Assembly: GCA_002780895.1 (NCBI GenBank) | Contig: PEUB01000036.1 | Span: forward strand, 5,547-69,546 | Direction of reading: 5' to 3' | Length of the DNA: 64,000 nucleotides | Source of the DNA: Nitrospirae bacterium CG02_land_8_20_14_3_00_41_53 | Lineage (GTDB): Bacteria > Nitrospirota > Thermodesulfovibrionia > Thermodesulfovibrionales > SM23-35 | The notes under the pieces: generated by a model | The model's database searches: none | Seen by the model: only the letters and a program-made list of their open reading frames with translations | What the model was told of the DNA's origin: nothing | Program-made: the position numbers and the translations under genes | In this document: positions 7,719-18,262 of the stretch, piece after piece | How the letters are laid out: each line of letters starts with the position of its first letter | How positions within the stretch are numbered: position 1 is the first letter of the stretch

Positions 7719-10114
7719 CAGTCAATCTTTTTTGACTTTCGGCTATTGGCTTTTTTCAGTGCAACCTTGAGTACATCATCCATTGTCTCGGCAAATGCAA
7801 ACTCCATATCCTTTTTGATATATTTTGGAATATCCTCAAGGTCTTTCTTGTTCCTCTTTGGAATAATTATCTTTTTTATTCCCATCCTCTTTGCAGCAAG
7901 TGTTTTTTCCTTCAGCCCTCCGATTGGAAGCACCCTGCCTCTCAGTGTAACCTCTCCGGTCATTGCAATATTCTTATTGACAGGCCTTCCTGTAAGGGCT
8001 GATGCAATCGAAGTAGCGATTGTAATACCTGCTGAAGGCCCATCTTTTGGTGTCGCACCTGCAGGGACATGGATATGAAGGTCTATTTTAGAAAATATAT
8101 CATCCTTTATGCCGAGTTTCTTTGATCTCGAACGCACATAACTCAAGGCAGCCTGGGCAGATTCCTTCATAACATCTCCAAGTTGTCCTGTCAGGGTAAG
8201 ATGGCCCTTGCCTTTCATGGTTGTTGCCTCTACATATATGATATCTCCCCCTGCCTCAGTCCATGCAAGACCTGTAGATACGCCTACCTCATCTTGTTCC
8301 ATCTCTTCTTCAGGCAGGTATTTAACTACGCCGAGGTATCTATGAAGATTTTGTGCGCCTATCACAAATGTTTTTTCTTTGCCCTCGACTATTTTTTTGG
8401 CCGCTTTCCTGCAAAGGTTTGCAATCTCCCTTTCGAGGTTTCTTACACCGGCTTCCCTTGTATACTGTGAGATTATATTAAAGAGTCCCGGGTCTGTGAT
8501 CTTCAGTACCTTACTGTTAAGACCATGTTCAAACAGCTGTTTTGGTATCAGATAGTTTTTTGCAATCCCAAGCTTTTCTTCGGTTGTGTAGCCGGATAGA
8601 TAGATTATCTCCATTCTGTCTCTAAGAGGGCTCGGTATAGTATCCACAAGGTTGCCTGTTGTAATAAACATAACCTTTGATAGGTCAAAAGGGACTGCAA
8701 GATAATGATCTGCAAATGAGTTATTCTGCTCCGGATCAAGAACCTCAAGAAGGGCTGAGGATGGGTCGCCCCTGAAGTCCATTCCTATCTTGTCAATTTC
8801 ATCCAGCATAAACACAGGGTTGTTTGTCCCCGCTGTCTTTATGCCCTGTGTTATTCTTCCAGGAAGAGCGCCAACATAAGTTCTTCTATGTCCTCTTATC
8901 TCTGCCTCATCCCTGACTCCACCCAGTGACATACGGACAAATTCTCTTCCTAATGCCCGTGCTATAGACTTGCCAAGAGAGGTTTTTCCAACACCTGGAG
9001 GACCAATAAAACATAGGATAGGGCCCTTCATTTTTTCTTTTAACTTTCTGACACTAATATACTCTAAAATACGCTCTTTTACCTTCTCGAGGTCGTAGTG
9101 ATCCTCATTAAGCACTTTTTCTGCAGCCTTTATATCGAGGTTATCTTTTGTAGATTTGGACCAGGGAAGCTCAACCATCCAATCAAGATATGTTCTAACA
9201 GTAGCTGATTCAGCGCTGTCAGGATGCATCTTTTCCAGGCGTTTGAGCTGCTTTTCAGCCTCTTCCATCACCTTTTCAGGCATTTTTGCTTCTTCGATCT
9301 TTTTCCTGAACTCTTTTATCTCTTCTGCCCTTTCATCAATGTCACCGAGTTCCTTTTGTATTGCCTTGAGCTGCTCTCTCAAAAAATACTCGCGTTGTGT
9401 CTTGCCTATTTCACCCCTGGCCTCAGATTGAATCTTCTGCTGGACTGTGAGAAGTTCAGTCTCTCTACTCAATATTTCGCTAACACGCTTTAGCCTCTGA
9501 ATAGGGTCTATTATCTCCAGTACCTCCTGTGATAGTTCTGTTTTTAATCCAAGATTTGAGGCAACAAGGTCTGCAAGTCTTCCAGGGTCTTCAATATTTT
9601 CAACGACTCCCATTATATCAGGAAGTATTGCTTTTCCAAGAGAAACAACCTTGTCAATCTGTTCTTTTACAGTCCTAATCTGTGCTTCATCTTCAATGGT
9701 GAGCATTGTTGGTTTTTGGTCATTTATCTTTTCTATTTTGGCTTTTAAAAAAGGTTCGGTCTGAGAATAGGTCAAGGCCTTTGCCTTGGTCAGACCCTGC
9801 ACAAGTATCTTCACCCTGCCGTCAGGAAGCTTGAGCGTCCTCATTATGATAGCAACAGTGCCTACTGAAAAGAGATCCTCAGGGATTGGATTTTCGATAT
9901 TTAGATCCTTCTGAGTAACGAGGAGCACCATTCTATTTGCTTTGAGGGAATATTCTATAGCCTTTATTGACATCTCCCTTCCAACAAAAAGAGGAAGTAT
10001 CATGTAAGGAAATACAACGATATCCCTCACAGGGAGCACAGGTAAGTTATCAGGTATCTCAACTTCCTTGTCAATCTTTTGTTCTACATCTACTACATCT
10101 ACTACATCTGCCAT
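7718..10114 (-). CDS. lon: ATP-dependent Lon protease
   Basis: 798 aa with LON N-domain, AAA+ Walker A GPPGVGKTS and the protease serine motif PKDGPSAG. Confidence 0.96.
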   Translation of the reverse strand: MADVVDVVDVEQKIDKEVEIPDNLPVLPVRDIVVFPYMILPLFVGREMSIKAIEYSLKANRMVLLVTQKDLNIENPIPEDLFSVGTVAIIMRTLKLPDGRVKILVQGLTKAKALTYSQTEPFLKAKIEKINDQKPTMLTIEDEAQIRTVKEQIDKVVSLGKAILPDIMGVVENIEDPGRLADLVASNLGLKTELSQEVLEIIDPIQRLKRVSEILSRETELLTVQQKIQSEARGEIGKTQREYFLREQLKAIQKELGDIDERAEEIKEFRKKIEEAKMPEKVMEEAEKQLKRLEKMHPDSAESATVRTYLDWMVELPWSKSTKDNLDIKAAEKVLNEDHYDLEKVKERILEYISVRKLKEKMKGPILCFIGPPGVGKTSLGKSIARALGREFVRMSLGGVRDEAEIRGHRRTYVGALPGRITQGIKTAGTNNPVFMLDEIDKIGMDFRGDPSSALLEVLDPEQNNSFADHYLAVPFDLSKVMFITTGNLVDTIPSPLRDRMEIIYLSGYTTEEKLGIAKNYLIPKQLFEHGLNSKVLKITDPGLFNIISQYTREAGVRNLEREIANLCRKAAKKIVEGKEKTFVIGAQNLHRYLGVVKYLPEEEMEQDEVGVSTGLAWTEAGGDIIYVEATTMKGKGHLTLTGQLGDVMKESAQAALSYVRSRSKKLGIKDDIFSKIDLHIHVPAGATPKDGPSAGITIATSIASALTGRPVNKNIAMTGEVTLRGRVLPIGGLKEKTLAAKRMGIKKIIIPKRNKKDLEDIPKYIKKDMEFAFAETMDDVLKVALKKANSRKSKKID

Positions 10115-10141
10115 CGTAACTCCTTATAGTTTTTCTAAATT

Positions 10142-11020
10142 TTAATTTTTTAATCTCGCTGCAACCTCAATAATGTACTTTTTAAGCTGTTCGGAAACCT
10201 GCGAGTTTTTCAATGAGAGGTCAATTGTTGCCTTAAGGTAGCCGATCTTATCACCTGCGTCATATCTTTTTCCAGTAAATAGATATCCATATATCGGGCG
10301 TTTTTTCAGCAAACCACAAAGTGCATCTGTCAGTTGTATCTCTCCTCCTTTGCCAGGGCCAATACCTTCGAGTATCTCAAAGATATCGGGGGTAAGGATA
10401 TACCTGCCAATTATTGCCATGTCTGACGGTGCATCGGTTAATCGGGGTTTTTCTACAAGATTGTTTATCCTGTATACATTGCCTTTTTCCCTTATTCCTT
10501 CAATCACCCCATATTTGTTTATATCTGGTATAGGAACCTGTTGAAGAGCAAGGATAGGAGAGTTAAATTCCTTATAAAGATTGATCATATGCTGAAGCAA
10601 GACGGTATCGGGGTCAATGATATCATCACTCAAAAGAACTGCAAAAGGTTCGTCTTTTACAAATGGCTTTGCACAATGTATTGCATGACCAAGTCCAATG
10701 GCCGCCTTCTGCCTGATATATGCAAAGTTCAGGTGGTTCAGGCGACTAATCTCTTCAAGAAGCCTCTTTTTACCAGTCCTTTTCAGATTCTCTTCGAGTT
10801 CGAAAGCAGAATCAAAGTGATCTTCTATAGCCCGTTTGTATTTACCCGTGATAATTATAAATTCTTCTATCCCGCATGCACGTGCCTCTTCAATTGCATA
10901 CTGGATCATCGGCTTGTCAACTATAGGCAGCATCTCCTTTGGAGATGCCTTTGTTGCAGGTAGAAACCTTGTCCCAAGCCCTCCTGCAGGAAGTATAGCC
11001 TTTCTAATCTTTTTTTCCAT
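10142..11020 (-). CDS. galU: UTP--glucose-1-phosphate uridylyltransferase
   Basis: KAILPAGGLGTRFLPATKASPKEMLP N-terminal signature; 292 aa. Confidence 0.92.
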   Translation of the reverse strand: MEKKIRKAILPAGGLGTRFLPATKASPKEMLPIVDKPMIQYAIEEARACGIEEFIIITGKYKRAIEDHFDSAFELEENLKRTGKKRLLEEISRLNHLNFAYIRQKAAIGLGHAIHCAKPFVKDEPFAVLLSDDIIDPDTVLLQHMINLYKEFNSPILALQQVPIPDINKYGVIEGIREKGNVYRINNLVEKPRLTDAPSDMAIIGRYILTPDIFEILEGIGPGKGGEIQLTDALCGLLKKRPIYGYLFTGKRYDAGDKIGYLKATIDLSLKNSQVSEQLKKYIIEVAARLKN

Positions 11021-11203
11021 ATTTACATAACTATTATAGAATAATTTACCTCAAATTACACAAAGATGTCATGAAAACGTTCTAATACCGTCATTGTAGG
11101 AAACTTTGCATAATTTCGGCTTAAATATTACATGAATATACTTGATAATTCAAGAAAAGGAGGGTCAACTGTTCCGCTTTTTCTCTTCCATATTCTCACC
11201 GTC

Positions 11204-12364
11204 CTAAGTCGAATCGGCCAATTCCGGCTGGATAGCGGGCAAGTATATCTTAAAGGTCGTTCCTCTACCCAACTTACTATCCACAATAATCCATCCTCCA
11301 TGTGCATTTACTATGGAATATGCAATTGTGAGGCCGAGGCCTGTCCCCTTACCAACTTCCTTCGTGGTGAAAAAAGGATCAAATATGTTCTGGATGTTAT
11401 TATCAGGAATGCCGCACCCTGTATCAGACACCGAAATACATACATACCTATCTGTCTTATCAGCATGTCTCGCAACACTGTATTTTTCAGTTTTGAATTC
11501 TAAGACACCCTTTCCATCCATAGCATCTGTTGCATTCAAGGTGAGGTTTATTAATACCTGTGTAAGCTGCCCCATGTCTGCCAGTATATCAGGGATATCA
11601 TCTTGAAGATTTAGCCTTATTTCTATCCCGTCCTTAACCGCATGGTATAGAAGACCCATGGTTTCTTCTATAAGGGTATTAATATCGATTTTCTTGAATT
11701 CTGAGGGAATCTTCCTGCCAAAGATAAGAAGCTGCTTTACCAGTGCAGCACCCCTTTGGCAGAGTGTACTTATAGTCTGTAGTCTTTCATAAAAAGGCGA
11801 GTCTTTCGAGATATCCTCAAGAATCAGTTCTGAAAACCCTAATATACCTGTCAGGAGATTATTAAAATCGTGGGCTATTCCGCTTGCAAGCCTTCCTACG
11901 GATTCCATCTTCTGGGCCTGGAAAAGTAACTGCTGAAACTTTTGTCTCTCTGTCTCTGCCTTTTCCTTAGCCTTGCGCTCAGCCCATATCTCAATTGCCC
12001 TTGAAACCCTTGCAGAAAGGCCTACAATGTGTTTCTTAAGGATGTAATCAATTGCCCCCTCTCTAAGGCTGTCCACAGCTATCTGCTCATTACCCATGCC
12101 CGTTATAAAGATTATAGGAGCATCTATCTTCTTCTCCTGACATATATGGATCGCCTCAATCCCCGTCATGTCAGGGAGCACATAGTCAGCGAGGATGACA
12201 TCCGCATCAAGGTCTGAAAGCTTCTCAAAAAACTCCTTTCTGTTTCTTGCCACTTCAAATGAGACGTCAAACCCGCCTTTTCTGAGCTCGTGGAGCTCAA
12301 GCTCTACATCATCAGGATTGTCCTCAAGAAGGAAGACCTTTAGTATTTTCTGTGTTGTGATCAT
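11204..12364 (-). CDS. Hybrid response-regulator receiver / histidine kinase (REC-HisKA-HATPase_c)
   Basis: N-terminal REC (LLEDNPDD...[10 protein letters not shown]), H-box [12 protein letters not shown] and a C-terminal ATPase with G-boxes (DTGCGI, GTGLGL). Confidence 0.88.
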   Translation of the reverse strand: MITTQKILKVFLLEDNPDDVELELHELRKGGFDVSFEVARNRKEFFEKLSDLDADVILADYVLPDMTGIEAIHICQEKKIDAPIIFITGMGNEQIAVDSLREGAIDYILKKHIVGLSARVSRAIEIWAERKAKEKAETERQKFQQLLFQAQKMESVGRLASGIAHDFNNLLTGILGFSELILEDISKDSPFYERLQTISTLCQRGAALVKQLLIFGRKIPSEFKKIDINTLIEETMGLLYHAVKDGIEIRLNLQDDIPDILADMGQLTQVLINLTLNATDAMDGKGVLEFKTEKYSVARHADKTDRYVCISVSDTGCGIPDNNIQNIFDPFFTTKEVGKGTGLGLTIAYSIVNAHGGWIIVDSKLGRGTTFKIYLPAIQPELADST

Positions 12365-12807
12365 GCTCTTACTGGTGGATGTTCATTAATCAAGAGCCAA
12401 TAAAGCCCTATATGTTTAACAGTCTCAACAAACTGGTTAAAGTCAACCGGCTTTTTTATATAACTGTTAACCCCTAAGTCATAGCTCTCTACGACATCCC
12501 TCTCTTCCTTTGATGATGTGAGAACCACGACAGGGATGAGTTTGCGCCTTCTGTCTACCTTTATCCTCCTCAGGACATCTATTCCGTCTACCTTAGGTAG
12601 TTTAAGGTCGAGCAGTATAAGGCCAGGAAGAGGGTGAGATGGATTAGAATACTTCCCTGTATAGAAGAGATAATCGAGTGCCTCCTGTCCATCACGAACA
12701 ATTTCAACAAGATTAACAATATTGTTTTTTTTGAGTGCATGAATAGTTAGTTCTACATCATCAGGGTTATCCTCTACTAAAAGAATATTTACATTTCCAT
12801 TAATCAT
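12361..12807 (-). CDS. Single-domain response regulator (CheY-like)
   Basis: 148 aa with [23 protein letters not shown] and a conserved K. It overlaps both neighbours by 4 nt, suggesting operon coupling. Confidence 0.9.
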   Translation of the reverse strand: MINGNVNILLVEDNPDDVELTIHALKKNNIVNLVEIVRDGQEALDYLFYTGKYSNPSHPLPGLILLDLKLPKVDGIDVLRRIKVDRRRKLIPVVVLTSSKEERDVVESYDLGVNSYIKKPVDFNQFVETVKHIGLYWLLINEHPPVRA

Positions 12808-14930
12808 CTATATCCTCCTTTGGGCAATTTTATAAAAAATGTTGTGCCTTTTCCCGGTTCAGATTCAGCCCATACCTTTCCATGATGGCGGTCAATTATC
12901 CTTTTTACGATTGCAAGACCGATGCCGGTGCCTTCGTATTCTTCGGGAAGATGAAGCCTCTGAAAGACATGGAATATCTTATCATGATATTGCATGTCAA
13001 AACCTATACCATTATCCTTGACAAATGTTGTATCTTTCTCTTCATCAAATCCTATCTCGATCTCCGGCCTCTCCTTCCCCTGTGTAAACTTAATAGCATT
13101 CGAAATGAGATTAGAAAAAACTGTCTGCATCAGTATTAAATCACAATTCATTGCCGGTACTTCCCCTATCTTTATAGAAATACCCCTCGATGCAATTTCT
13201 TCTCTGAAATCCTTCAGTACAGTATTAATTATAGCACCAAACTCTACAGGCCTCAATTGAAGCTCAGTCCTCCCTGCCCTCGAAAGTGCGAGTATATCGT
13301 CTATCAGGATTGACATCCTGTTTATGCCATCACTTATCCTCTTCAGGTAATGTTTGCATCTATCATCAAGCTGTGCTGAATATTCATCAAGGAGTATTAT
13401 TGAAAAGCCGGCAATTCCTCTGAGGGGTGCCCTCAGGTCGTGAGAGACAGAATAGGCAAATGCCTCAAGCTCTTTATTCGCCTGTTCTAATAAATGGGTC
13501 TTTTCATTCAGCATCGCGGTTCTTTCGGCTACCTTCAATTCCAATTCCTTGCTGAATGACGAGATTCTTTCATATAATTTTTCCAAATCATCAAGCATGG
13601 CATTTATGTGCTGGGAAACCATATCTATTGCATCATTCTTTTCCAATACCTCGGTTCTGATACTCAGGTTTCCCTCAGAGACCCTTGATAAGATCACTGA
13701 AAGACCTTTTACCCTTTCCTCAAGGTATCTTCTCTGTTCTTCTTCTCGGGCTGCTGCCTCTTCAATATATCTCAACCTTTCAGCATCTAAGACCGGTGTA
13801 ATGTCCCGAAAGACCTCAAGACCAGCCAGTATTTTACCTGAGGCATCTCTTAGAGGACCAGCGCTTACCATTATCGGGATCTTCTTTCCTTCTCGATTCG
13901 TGATATTTACCCTTAGAGTCTTTACTACGTCTCCCTTTTCAAAACTCTGTTTTATAGGGCATGCGATGTCGCAGATATCTGAATTGAGCAGATTACTGCA
14001 GGTCATCTTTCCTTCTACTTCTTCCTTGGTATACCCCGTAATGTCCTCACATGCTTCATTTAGATGAGTAACTATCATTTCAGGATTGACTATAAACAAA
14101 GGATCAATAATAGCTGTCTTTAAACTGTTTGCATACTCTATCTGATCTTTAATACTCCTGACCATGTAGTTGAAGGTAGTGCCGAGGACTCCGATCTCGT
14201 CTTCTGTCTTTACATCCATGGAAACAGACATGTCTCCCTCAGCAAATCTCTTTGCCTTCTTAGCTAAACTCTCTACAGGATGCCTTACCAATTTAGTCAG
14301 CATGGTATAAATTAAGGCGATTATTGCAAATATGCCTAATATACTCATTAGTATAGTGCGGTTTCTGACAGAGGCAATAGCCGCATAAGTTTCTTCGGTA
14401 TTCATCCTTATTACCATGCTGCCGAGAACCTTCATGGAAGAGCCATGGCAGTGATAACATTCCTCATGGTTCAGAATGGGATGGACATGGATAAGGTATC
14501 TTCCAGTTGGGGTCTCCTCTTCAAAAAAAGCCGGCTTGTGTTCCCCTGTTTTTAGTATATTGCTTAATGTCTGTAAGACATTTTTATTATAAATATGATT
14601 TGCTAAATTGGATTTTACTTTATCCTTGTGTGTGGCATAAATTATCTTTTGGTCAAAATCACAGATAAATACCTCCAATCCTTTCATTTCTTCTTTCACG
14701 TATGATAATTCTTTTTCTATAGACTCGCTGTCTCCTACTGACATGGGATACTTTATTGTGGTATAGATTGTGCTGGCGAGGCCATCAGCGAACCTTTCCA
14801 TCTCTGTTAACATAATTCTGGCCTGATTGGAGGCGGTCATGTAAATTACAACAAGCATAACGACGGTTACACTCACTGTCAGTACTGTCAGAACTGTTCT
14901 ACTTAATCTTTTTCTTATAAACTTAAACAC
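12804..14930 (-). CDS. Sensor histidine kinase with an extracytoplasmic c-type-heme (CxxCH, DUF3365/Tll0287-like) domain, HAMP, PAS, HisKA and HATPase_c
   Basis: Two TM helices flank a ~155-aa domain containing [20 protein letters not shown] (CYHCH codons at 14445..14459). It also has an H-box [10 protein letters not shown] and G-boxes DNGIGF/GTGIGL. Confidence 0.85.
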   Translation of the reverse strand: MFKFIRKRLSRTVLTVLTVSVTVVMLVVIYMTASNQARIMLTEMERFADGLASTIYTTIKYPMSVGDSESIEKELSYVKEEMKGLEVFICDFDQKIIYATHKDKVKSNLANHIYNKNVLQTLSNILKTGEHKPAFFEEETPTGRYLIHVHPILNHEECYHCHGSSMKVLGSMVIRMNTEETYAAIASVRNRTILMSILGIFAIIALIYTMLTKLVRHPVESLAKKAKRFAEGDMSVSMDVKTEDEIGVLGTTFNYMVRSIKDQIEYANSLKTAIIDPLFIVNPEMIVTHLNEACEDITGYTKEEVEGKMTCSNLLNSDICDIACPIKQSFEKGDVVKTLRVNITNREGKKIPIMVSAGPLRDASGKILAGLEVFRDITPVLDAERLRYIEEAAAREEEQRRYLEERVKGLSVILSRVSEGNLSIRTEVLEKNDAIDMVSQHINAMLDDLEKLYERISSFSKELELKVAERTAMLNEKTHLLEQANKELEAFAYSVSHDLRAPLRGIAGFSIILLDEYSAQLDDRCKHYLKRISDGINRMSILIDDILALSRAGRTELQLRPVEFGAIINTVLKDFREEIASRGISIKIGEVPAMNCDLILMQTVFSNLISNAIKFTQGKERPEIEIGFDEEKDTTFVKDNGIGFDMQYHDKIFHVFQRLHLPEEYEGTGIGLAIVKRIIDRHHGKVWAESEPGKGTTFFIKLPKGGYR

Positions 14931-14974
14931 TCTAATTTAAAAATTCTCTTAGCTTGCTAAAGGGGTTCCTTATA

Positions 14975-14999
14975 TCATTCCCACGAAAGCAGGAATGAC
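14975..14999. repeat. Single GTCAT-family hairpin (tcattcccacgaaagcaggaatgac)
   Basis: Imperfect stem attcc(cac)/(gca)ggaat with a GAAA loop, bounded by tcat/atga. Intergenic, between panB and the kinase gene. Confidence 0.7.
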
Positions 15000-15055
15000 G
15001 AAAAACAAATTATAACATTATGTTTTAATACCCTGCGGTCTTGCCGCAAGATGAT

Positions 15056-15856
15056 TTATTTAAAACTTTGTTCTTCTGATGGGAAGATACCTTTTTCTAC
15101 TTCTTCTTTGTAGACCTTTATTGCATTTAATGCTTCATCTTTTAAGTTTACATATCTCTTGGCAAACTTTGGCAAAAACCTTTCAAATAAACCAATAACA
15201 TCATGGAGGACAAGCACCTGCCCGTCACAATATGGACCTGCACCAATACCAATGGTCGGTATTGAAAGCTCCTCTGTAATCTTCTTAGCAAGCCCTATCG
15301 GTATAGCTTCAAGCAGCAAAGAGAATGCACCAGCGTCTTCAGCTATATGGGCTTCTTCTAATAGTTTTTTTGCAGATTCCTCAGTCTTGCCCTGGATCTT
15401 ATATCCACCCATCCTGTGGATAGACTGGGGTGTAAGGCCTATGTGTGCCATAATAGGGATATCTGACTTTGTCATTGCCCTAATATGCGCGGCCACCTCT
15501 GCCCCGCCTTCTATCTTTACAGCAGAAGCGCCAGCGTCTTTTAAAAACCTCCCTGCATTTCTAATAGCATCTTCAATACTTGCCTGATAGGACATGAACG
15601 GGAGGTCTCCGATAACCATTGCATTTTTGACTGCCCTTGAAACAATATTTGTATGGTAAATCATTTCGTCCATTGTAACCGGAAGTGTATTTTCAAGACC
15701 CTGTACAACCATGCCTACAGAATCACCGACAATTATCGCATCAATACCTGCCTCATCAACTATTTTTGCAAACGGATAATCATAGGCAGTAAGCATGGTA
15801 ATCTTTTTGTGCCCTGCTTTTTTCTTAAGAAAATCCTGAATCGTTATCTTGGACAT
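15056..15856 (-). CDS. panB: 3-methyl-2-oxobutanoate hydroxymethyltransferase
   Basis: 266 aa; KITMLTAYDYPFAKIVDEAGIDAIIVGDSVGMVVQG is typical of PanB. Confidence 0.93.
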   Translation of the reverse strand: MSKITIQDFLKKKAGHKKITMLTAYDYPFAKIVDEAGIDAIIVGDSVGMVVQGLENTLPVTMDEMIYHTNIVSRAVKNAMVIGDLPFMSYQASIEDAIRNAGRFLKDAGASAVKIEGGAEVAAHIRAMTKSDIPIMAHIGLTPQSIHRMGGYKIQGKTEESAKKLLEEAHIAEDAGAFSLLLEAIPIGLAKKITEELSIPTIGIGAGPYCDGQVLVLHDVIGLFERFLPKFAKRYVNLKDEALNAIKVYKEEVEKGIFPSEEQSFK

Positions 15857-15900
15857 TTTTAACCCTTAAATTTTAAAAATAGATTTTAACATAAAACATA

Positions 15901-17139
15901 CTAAATGACCAAAGGAAACCTTATCCTGAATGTTGTCCTGTTATCGCTGCTATCAACAGAAATACTTCCCCCATGTGAGACAACTATCTTATGCACTATT
16001 GCGAGTCCAAGACCTGTGCCATTTTCTTTTGTCGTAAAAAATGGTAGAAAGATTTTATCCATTACGTTCTCTGCAATGCCGTGGCCTGTATCAGATATCG
16101 CTACATCTAGAAAATCCCCTTTAGAAGAGGTCTTTATCGTAAGTTCCCCTCCTTGAGGCATGGCTTCGACAGCATTCTCTATAAGGTTTGTAAATGCCTG
16201 CCTCAAGAATACCTCATCACCTTTTATAACAGGCAGTCCCTTAATATCGAGGTAGAGGTTAATATCACCTCGTTCACCTGTGACTGCAGCAACACAGTTT
16301 TCTATGATCGTCTTCAGATCAATATCAGAGATATTGAGTTCAGCAGGTTTTGCAAAAGAAAGGACGTCAGATATAATCCTGTCCATGACAACGATCTCCT
16401 TTGAGATAGTATCCACAGTAGGTGTTAAAGAGCTATCTACCTTTTTTGATAGGAGTTTTGTATAACCTGCAATTACTCCCAGTGGATTCCTTAACTCATG
16501 TGCAATCCCTGCTGATATCTCACCGAGGCTCGAAAGCCTTTTCCTTAATTCCATCTGAGACTCGAACGCCTTAAGATGTGTAAGGTCTGTAAAAATAAGT
16601 ATCTGGCCTATTGTCCTGCCCCCACTGTCTTTTAAAGGAGAGAGTGTAAGTCCCAACCATACTTTCTTTCCTGATGGTGTTATATAACTTATTTCTCCTC
16701 TCTTGATGACCTTTCTATTATTTAGAAGGTCTGTTATGGGTTTGTTCAGCACCTCTGAATGATGTCTTCCAACAATCATTTCTCCTTTAATTTCGAGTAT
16801 CTTCTCAGCAGCAAGATTTACCTTCATAATTCTCATCCCTTCATCAAAACTCATTACCCCGCTCGGGACACTCTGCAGAATGTTTTCATTGTAACCTTCA
16901 ATTGCTATCGCCCTGTCTTCTGCCTTCTGCCGCAGAACTTCAAGTTCTCTTTCCTTATCTTTAAGCTTCGATACAAGCTCATGAAATGTGTCTACTATAA
17001 AACTGACTTGTGATACATCCTCTCGCTCTAATCTCTTCTTTCCGCTATTAAACCTTATAAATGTTCTGAGGAGATATAAAAAAACTGCGACTACAATGAG
17101 CAATATAACCGAATATAAAAATATTATCTCTGCCTTCAT
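15901..17139 (-). CDS. Sensor histidine kinase (TM, PAS, HisKA, HATPase_c; NtrB/PilS-like)
   Basis: H-box SAGIAHELRNPL, N-box and G-boxes DTGHGI/GTGLGL, and an N-terminal TM helix. Confidence 0.88.
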   Translation of the reverse strand: MKAEIIFLYSVILLIVVAVFLYLLRTFIRFNSGKKRLEREDVSQVSFIVDTFHELVSKLKDKERELEVLRQKAEDRAIAIEGYNENILQSVPSGVMSFDEGMRIMKVNLAAEKILEIKGEMIVGRHHSEVLNKPITDLLNNRKVIKRGEISYITPSGKKVWLGLTLSPLKDSGGRTIGQILIFTDLTHLKAFESQMELRKRLSSLGEISAGIAHELRNPLGVIAGYTKLLSKKVDSSLTPTVDTISKEIVVMDRIISDVLSFAKPAELNISDIDLKTIIENCVAAVTGERGDINLYLDIKGLPVIKGDEVFLRQAFTNLIENAVEAMPQGGELTIKTSSKGDFLDVAISDTGHGIAENVMDKIFLPFFTTKENGTGLGLAIVHKIVVSHGGSISVDSSDNRTTFRIRFPLVI

Positions 17140-17143
17140 CTAA

Positions 17144-17938
17144 CTATCTGCCCACTATATACCAGTAAAATATTTCCTGACCAAAAAAAAGTGTTATAAA
17201 TGCACCAAGAGCAAGATAAGGACCAAATGGAATCTTTGAGCCCCATTCTCTTCCCTTAAGTACCATCAACAGGACACCAATAATTGCGCCTGAAAGACTT
17301 CCGAGGAAGGTTGTAAGAATTACCCCTTTCCAGCCGAGAAATCCTCCAATCATGGTCATCAGTTTGATATCTCCGTCTCCCATTGCCTCTTTTTTAAGAA
17401 TACGATATCCTGCTTCTGCAACCAGATAGTAGAATCCAAAACCGATAAATGCTCCTATCAGGGAGGATTTTATTCCAAGGGATGAATGCCGCATAAAAGG
17501 ATCAAGTAATAAAAAGCTACCGAATATTATTCCTGTAGGGATGCCAGGCAGTGTTATTCTGTCTGGAATTATCTGAGAGTCCAGATCTATAAATGTCACA
17601 ACAATAAGGGCTGAACAAAAAATAAAATACACAGGGGTATGCCACTCAAAACCAAATCTCCATACGACCAGAAAATATGATATTGCATTCAGGAACTCGA
17701 CCAATGGATATCTAAAGGATATCCGTGCCTTGCATGCCCTGCATCTGCCACCAAGAAGTATATAGCTTATTATCGGAATATTATCCCAGGGTTTGATAGG
17801 AATGTTACAGGAAGGACACCTTGAAGAAGGCATGATTATTGATATGTTCCTGGGTATCCTGTATATGCAGACATTAAGGAATGAACCAACAATAGAGCCG
17901 AATACGAAAACAACGATATATAAAATTATGCTATGCAT
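17144..17938 (-). CDS. pilD: Prepilin (type IV leader) peptidase / N-methyltransferase, A24 family
   Basis: 264 aa, polytopic membrane protein. It has the N-terminal CPSC...CRAC zinc motif and the GDGDIKLM aspartyl motif. Confidence 0.88.
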   Translation of the reverse strand: MHSIILYIVVFVFGSIVGSFLNVCIYRIPRNISIIMPSSRCPSCNIPIKPWDNIPIISYILLGGRCRACKARISFRYPLVEFLNAISYFLVVWRFGFEWHTPVYFIFCSALIVVTFIDLDSQIIPDRITLPGIPTGIIFGSFLLLDPFMRHSSLGIKSSLIGAFIGFGFYYLVAEAGYRILKKEAMGDGDIKLMTMIGGFLGWKGVILTTFLGSLSGAIIGVLLMVLKGREWGSKIPFGPYLALGAFITLFFGQEIFYWYIVGR

Positions 17939-17941
17939 AAT

Positions 17942-18253
17942 TTAAATTGTACTGCTTATCTCTGAAGCCTTCTTTTTTGTTATTTCTATCTCAGCATCAA
18001 TTTTCTCTATCTCGGTAATGGATTCCATTATAACCCTGTCTTTTAAGATGTATCTGTCAGGGTGTTCTTTCAACTTATAAACACGCTGGCCGATTGTTTT
18101 CATCAGTTCATCCCTTTTCCTTTCCAACTGCCCTGACTGGTAAAGCAGTTTCATCACTAAGTACTCTATCTTGAATCTTTCTGAAAGCAGTGATGAGAAC
18201 CACTTTATTTTTTCTATTCCGCTATCAAAGTTATTTTTTAACCTTTTCCACAT
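17942..18253 (-). CDS. Hypothetical coiled-coil protein (103 aa)
   Basis: ORF tightly packed between recG and pilD. I recognise no motif. Confidence 0.5.
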   Translation of the reverse strand: MWKRLKNNFDSGIEKIKWFSSLLSERFKIEYLVMKLLYQSGQLERKRDELMKTIGQRVYKLKEHPDRYILKDRVIMESITEIEKIDAEIEITKKKASEISSTI

Positions 18254-18262
18254 ATTCCTCCC

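Noticed and set aside
10085-10114. A 9-nt tandem repeat (tacatctac x3) at the lon 5' end, encoding VVDVVDV.
   Set aside because: It is a short, in-frame, multiple-of-three repeat in a non-conserved N-terminal tail. It is probably trivial slippage and unrelated to the heptad family.
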